From Cyanobacteriota bacterium (GTDB lineage: Bacteria; Cyanobacteriota; Cyanobacteriia; PCC-6307; Cyanobiaceae): DNA of 64,000 bases. The notes under the pieces are model-generated. The model made no database searches. It was not told the DNA's origin and saw only the letters and a list, made by a program, of their open reading frames with translations. A program made the position numbers and the translations under genes. How positions within the stretch are numbered: position 1 is the first letter of the stretch; the number at the start of each line of letters is the position of its first letter. Shown here in pieces: positions 56,268-64,000 of the stretch. The stretch lies in the NCBI GenBank assembly GCA_046052125.1, contig JBJOMY010000001.1, forward strand, positions 704,001 to 768,000. Direction: 5' to 3'.

Positions 56268-58208
56268 GTGTCTGCCGGCCTGTCGACGAAGGACATTTCA
56301 GGCCCAGCGATTTACAACGTGACCCAAAGCATTTGCGAGAGCCTCAACAGCTCATCGGACGAACGCGCCACAACATCTTCTCTGCAGAACGATTCATCTC
56401 CTGAACAGACCATCCCAGCGGTGGATCTGAGCGCTGCTGTTGATCTGAGCGCCATCGATCTCCCCACCACCAGCAGCGATGCCCCTGTGGAGGTGAGCAC
56501 CACTGTGATCCCGGCCAAGCCCCAGGGCTTCGCCAGCTTCGGCTTCGCTCCTGAACTGCTCGATGCGCTCACGGCGATCGGCTACCAGGAACCCTCCCCG
56601 ATCCAGAAAGCCGCCATCCCCGAGCTGCTGCTCGGCCGCGACCTGGTGGGGCAGGCCCAGACCGGCACGGGCAAAACCGCGGCGTTCGCCCTACCGATGC
56701 TGGCGGCCCTCGATGCGGAGCAGCGCACCCCCCAGGTGCTCGTGCTCACCCCCACCCGGGAACTGGCGATCCAGGTGGCCGATGCCTTCAAGAGCTACGC
56801 GGCCAACATGCCGCACCTGCGCGTGCTGCCGCTCTACGGCGGCTCCGACTTCCGCGATCAGATCGTGCGCCTCAAGCGCGGCGTGCAGATCGTGGTGGGC
56901 ACCCCCGGTCGGGTGATGGACCACATGCGTCAGGGCACTCTCGATCTCTCAGGCCTGCGCAGCCTGGTGCTCGATGAGGCCGATGAAATGCTGCGCATGG
57001 GCTTCATCGACGACGTGGAATGGGTGCTCGAGCAGCTCCCCAGCCAGCGTCAGGTGGTGCTGTTCTCAGCGACGATGCCCCCGGAGATCCGGCGCATCTC
57101 CCACAAGTATCTGAACGATCCCGCCGAGATCACGATCAAGACCAAAGGGTCGGATTCGAGCCGGATTCGTCAGCGCTTCATCACGGTGAACGGGCCCCAG
57201 AAGCTCGAGGCCCTCACCCGCGTGCTGGAAGCGGAAACCAAGGAAGGGGTGATCATCTTCGCCCGCACCAAGGCGATCACCGTCACCGTGGCCGAGGCCC
57301 TGGAAGCCAAGGGTTACGATGTGGCCGTGCTCAACGGCGACGTAGCCCAGAGCCAGCGTGAACGCACGATCGAACGGCTCAAGAACGGCACCGTGGATGT
57401 GCTGGTGGCCACCGATGTGGCGGCCCGCGGCCTCGATGTGGACCGCATCACCCTGGTGGTGAACTACGACATCCCCTTCGATTCCGAGGCCTACGTGCAC
57501 CGCATCGGTCGCACCGGCCGGGCCGGCCGCACCGGCGACGCGATCCTGTTTGTCACCCCGCGGGAGCGGCGTTTCCTCGGCGGACTGGAGCGGGCGGTGG
57601 GCCGGCCGATCGAGGCCATGGAGATCCCCAGCAACGCCACCATCAACCAGAGCCGTCTCGATCGGCTGCGCCAACGCCTCTGCGACGGTTTGAGCAGCGA
57701 AGGCCGCGAGGAGGAGCGGGCGCTGCTTTCCGAGATCCTGCAGCGGGTGGGCCAGGAAAGCGGCGCCAGCCCCGAGCAACTCGCCCTGGCCGCCCTGCAG
57801 CTGGCGGTGGGCGCCCAGCCCCTGCTGGTGCAGGGCGATGAGAGCTGGATTCGCCAGAACAGCGGCGGCCGCGATGCCCGCGACAGCCGCGATGGCCGCC
57901 GCCAGGAGCGACCCGGCCCCGGTGGTCAACTGCGCCGCGGCCCCCGCGAGCAGTCCGGCCCGCCGGAATCCGGCATGGAGCGCTTCCGCATCGAGGTGGG
58001 CTGGCGCGATCGCGTGAAGCCCGGAAACATCGTGGGCGCCATCGCCAATGAAGCCGGCCTCAACGGCCGCAGCATCGGCCGCATCCAGATCTTCGATGCC
58101 CACAGCCTGGTGGATCTACCCCAGGGCATGCCCGAAGACGTGTTCCAGGGTCTGCGGCGACTGAAGGTGATGAACCGCGAACTGCAGATCAGCCGCTCCC
58201 GCGACTGA
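56268..58208 (+). CDS. deaD: DEAD-box RNA helicase (DeaD/CsdA type; start uncertain)
   Basis: 'AQTGTGKT', 'PTRELA', 'DEAD', 'SAT', 'HRIGRTGR' and a C-terminal DbpA-type domain. Confidence 0.93.
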   Translation: MSAGLSTKDISGPAIYNVTQSICESLNSSSDERATTSSLQNDSSPEQTIPAVDLSAAVDLSAIDLPTTSSDAPVEVSTTVIPAKPQGFASFGFAPELLDALTAIGYQEPSPIQKAAIPELLLGRDLVGQAQTGTGKTAAFALPMLAALDAEQRTPQVLVLTPTRELAIQVADAFKSYAANMPHLRVLPLYGGSDFRDQIVRLKRGVQIVVGTPGRVMDHMRQGTLDLSGLRSLVLDEADEMLRMGFIDDVEWVLEQLPSQRQVVLFSATMPPEIRRISHKYLNDPAEITIKTKGSDSSRIRQRFITVNGPQKLEALTRVLEAETKEGVIIFARTKAITVTVAEALEAKGYDVAVLNGDVAQSQRERTIERLKNGTVDVLVATDVAARGLDVDRITLVVNYDIPFDSEAYVHRIGRTGRAGRTGDAILFVTPRERRFLGGLERAVGRPIEAMEIPSNATINQSRLDRLRQRLCDGLSSEGREEERALLSEILQRVGQESGASPEQLALAALQLAVGAQPLLVQGDESWIRQNSGGRDARDSRDGRRQERPGPGGQLRRGPREQSGPPESGMERFRIEVGWRDRVKPGNIVGAIANEAGLNGRSIGRIQIFDAHSLVDLPQGMPEDVFQGLRRLKVMNRELQISRSRD

Positions 58209-58234
58209 TCCGGCTGATCAGGCTCAAGCGGGGC

Positions 58235-58447
58235 TCAGGCACACAGGCCGGTGAGCCCCTCGGTGGAGAGCTCGGTGGACAGCAACGTCAGCTGCTCCAC
58301 ACCGAGGCGCTCCACCGCCACCACCAGACTGGGCTGGGCGCTTTCACTCTCACTGGCCACAAGGCTCTGCAGCAGATCAAAGCGATCCTGGGGAGCCAGT
58401 TCGCCGTTATCACTCCAGGCCAGACTCCAGGGCACGGGTGCCGTCAT
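58235..58447 (-). CDS. small hypothetical protein
   Basis: 70-aa ORF in an otherwise empty interval. Confidence 0.45.
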   Translation of the reverse strand: MTAPVPWSLAWSDNGELAPQDRFDLLQSLVASESESAQPSLVVAVERLGVEQLTLLSTELSTEGLTGLCA

Positions 58448-58719
58448 GGGAGGCGCTCGCTACGAGTGTGGGTTCACTGACAATCGGACAATAGTTGGGG
58501 ATCGCTGCGTTTCTTCCGCTTCCCTTCGCTGTTGCTTCAAGCCTCTTCACCTGGATGACCCGGTGGCATCCCGGGTGGCAGTCCAGGCCCGCAGCATCGC
58601 TGCAGCAGCCCGCAAGTGTCCGGAGCATGCCCCTGTAGGCTGACAGAGATTCAAAGGCTTACTGCCTCCTTCAGGAACCGCAGCACCCACGGATCAGTTT
58701 TCAGGTTCCGCATCAAGGA

Positions 58720-59142
58720 ATGACCATTTACATCGGCAACCTCTCGTTTCAGGCCGAACAAGAGGATTTGCTTGACCTCTTCAGCCAGTACGGCGAAGTG
58801 GCCAAGTGCAGCCTTCCCCTCGACCGCGAGACCGGCCGTAAGCGCGGTTTCGCCTTCGTCGAAATGGCCAATGAGGCCGACGAACAGAAAGCCGTCGACG
58901 ATCTCCAGAACGTCGAGTGGATGGGTCGCATGATCCGCGTGAACAAGGCCACTCCCCGCCAAGGCGGCGGCGGTGGTGGCGGCGGCTACGGCGGTGGTGG
59001 TGGCGGCGGCGGCCGTGGCGGCTACGGCGGTGGCGGTGGTGGCCGCGGCGGCTATGGCGGTGGCGGTGGTCGCGGTGGCGACGGCGGCTACGGCGGTGGT
59101 GGTGGCGGCGGCTATGACGGCGGCGGCGGCAACCGCTGGTGA
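58720..59142 (+). CDS. rbp: RRM RNA-binding protein with Gly-rich tail
   Basis: RNP2 'IYIGNL', RNP1 'RGFAFVEM' and GGGY repeats. Confidence 0.95.
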   Translation: MTIYIGNLSFQAEQEDLLDLFSQYGEVAKCSLPLDRETGRKRGFAFVEMANEADEQKAVDDLQNVEWMGRMIRVNKATPRQGGGGGGGGYGGGGGGGGRGGYGGGGGGRGGYGGGGGRGGDGGYGGGGGGGYDGGGGNRW

Positions 59143-59175
59143 TCACGCGCTGATCGAGGCTTGAGCCTCCATCAG

Positions 59176-59219
59176 AAAAGCCCTGGGTGCTGGCAGATTC
59201 GCCGGCCCCAGGGCTTTTT
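59176..59219. terminator. Bidirectional terminator
   Basis: aaaagccctggg...cccagggcttttt between convergent genes. Confidence 0.75.
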
Positions 59220-59268
59220 GCTGGCCAGGGCCCTGATCACAGGCCCTGGCCGAGATCACCAACGCACC

Positions 59269-59469
59269 TCAGGCGATGGCTTCGCTCTCGTCGAGCTCGA
59301 TCAGATCGTGCAGCTGATCCCGTTGCCATTCGCGGCAGCGCACTTCGGTGGCCGGATGGGTGGGCTGGAGTTCGCCCTCGCGGGGTTCAGGCAGCGCATT
59401 GCGCAGGCTGCGGCGACGCAACTTCGCTGTCCAGCGATGGAAACGATGGAAGTCTCGGGTCCGTGTCAT
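59269..59469 (-). CDS. small hypothetical protein
   Basis: MTRTRDFHRFHRWTAKLRRR..., convergent on the terminator. Confidence 0.5.
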   Translation of the reverse strand: MTRTRDFHRFHRWTAKLRRRSLRNALPEPREGELQPTHPATEVRCREWQRDQLHDLIELDESEAIA

Positions 59470-59588
59470 GAACACCTCCAGGTGGTGACACCACTGGTCT
59501 AACGCGGCCATCGCCCACCGCAATGTCCGCGGGAAACAGATTCACAGAGGCAGCTTCACAGTGGCTGCACAGCCGGGGATTCGGCTCG

Positions 59589-60476
59589 TTAAACCTCGCC
59601 GCTCTCCTTCAGCAGGGCGTCGTAGCGATCGAAGCCCACCAGCTCACGCAGCTCAGCGAACTCCAACATTCGCTCCGGCGTACGGCCGGCCTTCAGCGCC
59701 GCAAGCGCGCCCTGCATCGCCGCCGCCGCGCACGACAACAAGGTGAGCGGGTAGGCCGCCAGCCGCACACCCATCTCCCCCAGAACATCCGGCGGCAGCA
59801 GGGGCGTGATCCCTCCCTCGAGCATGTTGGCCATCCGCCAGCCCGGCACCTCCTGGCAGAAGCGGCGCAGTTCGGCCTCTGAGCGCGGGGCCTCCAGAAA
59901 CAGCACATCGGCCCCGAGTTCAGCGAAGGCATTGAGGCGCCAGAGGGCCTCATCCAGCGCCGCCGCCTCGCCATGGCTCGCCGCCAGGGCGGAGCGGGCA
60001 TCGGTGCGGGCCACGATCACCAGATCAGCGCCTTCGGCGCGGGCCGCCACAGCCGCTCGGATCCGGGAGAGGGCCTCCTCACGCCCCACCACCTCCTTGA
60101 CGCCGGTGTGGCCGCAGCGCTTCGGGGCCAGCTGGTCTTCAAGCATGATCCCGGCGAATCCAGCGCGGGCGAATTGCTGCACGGTGCGACGCACGTTGAG
60201 CGGATTGCCGTGGCCGGTGTCGCCATCGCCGATCACCGGGATCTGCACCGCCTCACAGATCGAGCGCCCCTGATCGAGCATCTCCGACACGGTGAGTAAG
60301 CCCGTATCCGGCAACGCAGCCCGGGCCGCGGCCACGGAGAAGCCGCTCATGAACGTGAGCGGAAACCCGGCGCGCTCCACCAGCCGCGCCGAAAGTGCGT
60401 CAAAGCAGCAGGGCATCACCAGACAACCCTCACGCTCAAGCAAGGCGCGCAACCGCTGAGCAGGAGGAATGGTCAT
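59589..60476 (-). CDS. Isocitrate lyase / PEP mutase family protein
   Basis: 'DALSARL', 'GDGDTGHG', 'LEDQLAPKRCGH', 'ARTDA'. Confidence 0.92.
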   Translation of the reverse strand: MTIPPAQRLRALLEREGCLVMPCCFDALSARLVERAGFPLTFMSGFSVAAARAALPDTGLLTVSEMLDQGRSICEAVQIPVIGDGDTGHGNPLNVRRTVQQFARAGFAGIMLEDQLAPKRCGHTGVKEVVGREEALSRIRAAVAARAEGADLVIVARTDARSALAASHGEAAALDEALWRLNAFAELGADVLFLEAPRSEAELRRFCQEVPGWRMANMLEGGITPLLPPDVLGEMGVRLAAYPLTLLSCAAAAMQGALAALKAGRTPERMLEFAELRELVGFDRYDALLKESGEV

Positions 60477-60535
60477 GGCCGGACAGCGATCAAGCTCCAT
60501 GACCCTCGCGCAGAGGCCTGCCCTTGAATGCAGCG

Positions 60536-62326
60536 ATGGCTTCCCCTCAACCGCCCCTGCAGCGTCTGCTGCGCAGCCTGCGCCCCCATCGCCGCCTGGT
60601 GTGGCTGGCGGCCAGCTGCTCGGTGCTCAACAAGCTCTTCGATCTAGCACCGCCGGTGCTGATCGGCCTGGCGGTGGATGTGGTGGTGCAACAGAACACC
60701 TCCTGGCTGGCAGCGCTGGGGGTGCGTTCGGTGCCCGGCCAGCTGGGGGTGTTGGCGCTGCTCTCCTTTGTGATCTGGAGCGCCGAATCGCTGTTCGAAT
60801 ATCTCTATGCCCTGCTCTGGCGCAATCTCGCCCAAACAGTGCAACACGAGCTGCGCCTCGAGGCCTACAGCCATCTGCAGCAGTTGGAGATGGGCTTCTT
60901 TGAGGCCAGCAGCAGCGGCCGCCTGCTGGCGATCCTCAACGACGACATCAATCAGCTCGAGCGCTTCCTCGACCACGGCGCCAACGAGCTCCTGCAACTG
61001 ATCACCACCGTGCTGGCGGTGGGCGGCGCCATGGTGTGGCTCTCCCCCACGGTGGCGGGGGTGTCGTTCATACCGATCCCGGTGATCCTGTGGGGATCGC
61101 TCACCTTCCAGAAGCGGCTGCAGCCCCGCTACCGCGAGGTGCGTGAGAGGGCCGGTGATCTGGCCAGCCGCCTCGCCAACAACCTCGGCGGCATGCTCAC
61201 GATCAAGAGCTACGCCGCCGAGCCGTGGGAGAACCAACGGCTCGCCGAGCAGAGCCAGGCCTACCGGGAGAGCAACGCCCGGGCGATCCGCTTCTCGGCG
61301 GCGTTCATCCCGCTGATCCGCTTCGCGATCCTGTTCGCGTTCCTGGCGATCCTGGTGATCGGCGGCTTGCAGGCCTGGAGCGGTGCCATCGCCGTGGGCA
61401 CCTATTCCTTCCTGGTGTTCATCACCCAGCGGCTGCTGTGGCCGCTCACCAGCCTCGGCCGCACCCTCGACGACTACCAGCGCGCCATGGCCTCGAGCCA
61501 GCGGGTGCTGGATCTGATCGACACCCCGATCGCCATCCCCAGCGGCCATCGCCCCCTGCCCCTGAGCCAGGTGCGCGGATCCCTGAGCTTCCGGGCTGTG
61601 GATTTCGCCTACAGCGGCCGCTCCCCCCTGCTCCACCACTTCAACCTGGAGGTACCCGCCGGCAGCACCATCGGCATCGTGGGCGCCACCGGCTCGGGCA
61701 AGAGCACGATCGTGAAGCTGCTGCTGCGGCTCTACGAGATCCAGGGCGGCGAAATCCTGCTCGATGGCCTGCCGATTGATCAGCTGGAGCTGGCCGATCT
61801 GCGCCGCGCCATCGGCCTGGTGAGCCAGGAGGTGTTCCTCTTCCACGGCACGGTGGCCGAGAACATCGCCTACGGCAGCTTCGAGGCACCCCGCGCCGCG
61901 ATCGAACGGGCCGCCCAGCTCGCTGAAGCCTCACGCTTCATCGAAGCGCTGCCCCAGGGGTACGACACGGTGGTGGGGGAGCGGGGCCAGCGCCTCTCTG
62001 GCGGTCAGCGCCAGCGCATCGCCCTGGCCCGCGCCATCCTCAAGAACCCGCCGGTGCTGATCCTCGATGAGGCCACGGCCGCGGTGGATAACGAAACCGA
62101 AGCGGCGATCCAGCGCTCGCTCGATCTGATCACGGCCGAGCGCACCACCCTGGTGATCGCCCACCGCCTCTCCACCGTGCGCCACGCCGATCAGATCGTG
62201 GTGATGGATCAGGGGCGGATCGTGGAGCAGGGCAGCCATGACAGCCTGATCGCCGCCGGCGGGGCCTACGTGAACCTCTGGCGGGTGCAGGCCGGCCTGC
62301 GGGCCGATGAAGCGCTGCGCCTCTGA
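60536..62326 (+). CDS. ABC transporter fused permease/ATP-binding protein
   Basis: TM domain, 'GATGSGKS', 'LSGGQRQR', 'ILDEAT', 'IAHRLST'. Confidence 0.95.
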   Translation: MASPQPPLQRLLRSLRPHRRLVWLAASCSVLNKLFDLAPPVLIGLAVDVVVQQNTSWLAALGVRSVPGQLGVLALLSFVIWSAESLFEYLYALLWRNLAQTVQHELRLEAYSHLQQLEMGFFEASSSGRLLAILNDDINQLERFLDHGANELLQLITTVLAVGGAMVWLSPTVAGVSFIPIPVILWGSLTFQKRLQPRYREVRERAGDLASRLANNLGGMLTIKSYAAEPWENQRLAEQSQAYRESNARAIRFSAAFIPLIRFAILFAFLAILVIGGLQAWSGAIAVGTYSFLVFITQRLLWPLTSLGRTLDDYQRAMASSQRVLDLIDTPIAIPSGHRPLPLSQVRGSLSFRAVDFAYSGRSPLLHHFNLEVPAGSTIGIVGATGSGKSTIVKLLLRLYEIQGGEILLDGLPIDQLELADLRRAIGLVSQEVFLFHGTVAENIAYGSFEAPRAAIERAAQLAEASRFIEALPQGYDTVVGERGQRLSGGQRQRIALARAILKNPPVLILDEATAAVDNETEAAIQRSLDLITAERTTLVIAHRLSTVRHADQIVVMDQGRIVEQGSHDSLIAAGGAYVNLWRVQAGLRADEALRL

Positions 62327-62413
62327 TCGCTCACGCCCAGCAGCCGGCCAGCCCAAAAACTGACCGCTAGTTAGTCAATGCCAAAGGGATGGTCAAGAGG
62401 CGTGAAATAAGTT

Positions 62414-63340
62414 GTGAGAATGAAGAGTCCAGGCCTGAAGAGCATCGGCACGCACCCCCGCGATGAGCGCGGCCCGATCCTGATGGCCATCGCCTTGGGC
62501 CTGGGTGGAGGCCTGCTGCTAGCGGCGCCGCTCAACCAACTGCTCAATGGGCCGCCCCTGGGCAGCAATCACCAGGTGGTGAATCCGTTCAGCAGCTGGA
62601 CGGGCATGGGCGAGAAGGAGGTGGTGATCCTCGGCACCGATGTGGGCGGCGGCAACACCGATGTGATGTACACGCTGAGGGTGGACAACGGCGTGACCAA
62701 GCTCACCCAGGTGCCGCGCGACACCTACATCGACTCCAGCCGTTTCGGCCCGCTCAAAGCCAACGCCCTCTACGCCTTCGGCGGCCCCGATGCGGTGAAG
62801 CAAGAGCTCACCAAGCACCTGGGGCGTCCGGTGCAGCACCACATCCTGGTGAACCTCTCGGTGATCCGGCGCCTCGGCGATGCCCTCGGCGGCCTCCAGG
62901 TGAACGTGCCAAAGAGGATGTACTACAACGACAACACCCAGGGCCTGCACATCGATCTGCAGCCAGGCCCCCAGGTGCTGCGCGGCCGCGACATCGAGGG
63001 CTTCCTGCGCTTCCGCCACGACGAGCTGGGTGACATCGGCCGACTGGATCGCCAACGGCTGCTGCTCAAGGCCCTGTTCGATCAGATCACCAAGCCCGAA
63101 AACCTGGTGCGCATGCCCGCCCTGCTCGCCGCGGCCGGCAAAGACATGAAGACCGACCTGGGCCCGATGGAGATCGGCGGCCTAATCACGGCCATGGGCG
63201 GCACCAAGCTCGATGCCGAGCGACTGGGCGGCCGGCCATTCATGCGCGATGGCATCAGCTACTGGGAAGCCGAGTGGCCCAAGGCCACTGACACCAGCGC
63301 CGCCAATAGCTCCACCGACCGCTACGGCTCCGTGTTCTGA
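62414..63340 (+). CDS. LytR-CpsA-Psr (LCP) family protein
   Basis: TM anchor, 'ILGTD...TDVM', 'VPRDT', 'FLRFRHD..GDIGRLDRQ'. Confidence 0.9.
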   Translation: MRMKSPGLKSIGTHPRDERGPILMAIALGLGGGLLLAAPLNQLLNGPPLGSNHQVVNPFSSWTGMGEKEVVILGTDVGGGNTDVMYTLRVDNGVTKLTQVPRDTYIDSSRFGPLKANALYAFGGPDAVKQELTKHLGRPVQHHILVNLSVIRRLGDALGGLQVNVPKRMYYNDNTQGLHIDLQPGPQVLRGRDIEGFLRFRHDELGDIGRLDRQRLLLKALFDQITKPENLVRMPALLAAAGKDMKTDLGPMEIGGLITAMGGTKLDAERLGGRPFMRDGISYWEAEWPKATDTSAANSSTDRYGSVF

Positions 63341-63558
63341 GGCGTGTCCTCAGCGGTGCCCTGCAACTCGGCCTCGTAGGCCGCCGGCACCACCACCAAA
63401 AACAGCCACCACCACAGCACCACCGCCAGCGCCACGGGCGCTGTGATCCACCAGCGCTGCAGCAACCACCAGCTCCCGGCCACGGCCAGGACGCCCGTGA
63501 GCAGGATCGACCAGGGCTGGCACCACCAGGGCTTGTGGCTCCAGATGCTCTCAGCCAT
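63322..63558 (-). CDS. small membrane protein (DUF6737-like)
   Basis: 'W..KPWWCQPWSILLTG' with two TM segments. Confidence 0.8.
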   Translation of the reverse strand: MAESIWSHKPWWCQPWSILLTGVLAVAGSWWLLQRWWITAPVALAVVLWWWLFLVVVPAAYEAELQGTAEDTPQNTEP

Positions 63559-63997
63559 GGGGATGCCCCGAGCGCGACAACACGAGTAGAGCCAACAACA
63601 GCGCCACCACGGCCAGCACGGGGCTAGCGGCCGCCACCGTCACTCCCAGAGCAGCGGTGAACCAGATCGAGGCCGCACTGGTGAGGCCATGCACTTGAGG
63701 GGTGGGATCGTCGTGGCCGTTGCCGCGGCGATCCACCAGGATCTCGCCAGCCCCAAGGAAGCCCACGCCTGTGGCCACCCCCTGAATCACGCGGCTGCGC
63801 GCCTCTGGATCTGGCCCGGCCGCCAGCACCATCAGGCAGGCACTGAGCCCCACCAACACGTGCATGCGCAGGCGACTGGGCTGGGGATGGCGGAAATGCT
63901 GGGCCCGGTTCACCCCCACCGCCATGCCGCAGAGCACGGAGAGGCCGAGGCGCAACAGCACCTCAAGGTCGGGGGAGACAGCGGGAATCCAGGTCAC
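63551..63997 (-). CDS. MgtC/SapB family protein (start at the window edge, uncertain)
   Basis: 'LRMHVLVGL', 'RVIQGVATGVGFLGAG', 'VHGLTSAASIW'. Confidence 0.88.
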   Translation of the reverse strand: MTWIPAVSPDLEVLLRLGLSVLCGMAVGVNRAQHFRHPQPSRLRMHVLVGLSACLMVLAAGPDPEARSRVIQGVATGVGFLGAGEILVDRRGNGHDDPTPQVHGLTSAASIWFTAALGVTVAAASPVLAVVALLLALLVLSRSGHPHG

Positions 63998-64000
63998 AGA

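Noticed and set aside
58963..59130. GGC/GGT low-complexity repeat
   Set aside because: Encodes the ordinary Gly-rich tail of the RRM protein

Overview
The window comes from a high-GC picocyanobacterium (Synechococcus/Cyanobium-type, judged from psbY, ycf54, crtH and a Nif11-domain gene) and has two parts. (1) Positions 1-~34247 are the right-hand portion of a large integrated element that abuts the 3' end of a tRNA-Lys(TTT) gene (34248-34319, minus strand); its left end lies outside the window. The backbone is a tyrosine integrase, two tandem excisionase-like HTH genes, a Rep-like/DnaB-like helicase/DnaG primase operon preceded by an AT-rich palindrome and 22-bp periodic repeats (candidate origin), a SLOG(DUF2493)/Gp157/Rad52-Rad22 recombination operon behind a LexA-like box, two divergent sigma-70 proteins, a LuxR regulator, a metallophosphoesterase and DUF433/DUF5615 toxin-antitoxin loci. 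No capsid, terminase, tail or conjugation genes are recognisable in the window. Cargo includes an SNF2 helicase plus HNH nuclease, a ferritin/Crp iron cassette, an inverse-autotransporter-like beta-barrel, a P-type ATPase and an Acr3 arsenite exporter with a ChrR-like cupin. Two cargo blocks are clearly bracketed by diverged direct repeats of backbone sequence, which suggests cassette exchange by homeologous recombination. (2) Positions 34436-64000 are ordinary core genome (gamma-CA, psbY, trmFO, a frameshifted CDF transporter, crtH, grxD/bolA, plsC, pdxJ, ycf54, recCBD, a DEAD-box helicase, an RRM protein, an ABC transporter, LCP, MgtC). All family calls come from motifs recognised by eye, not from database searches.
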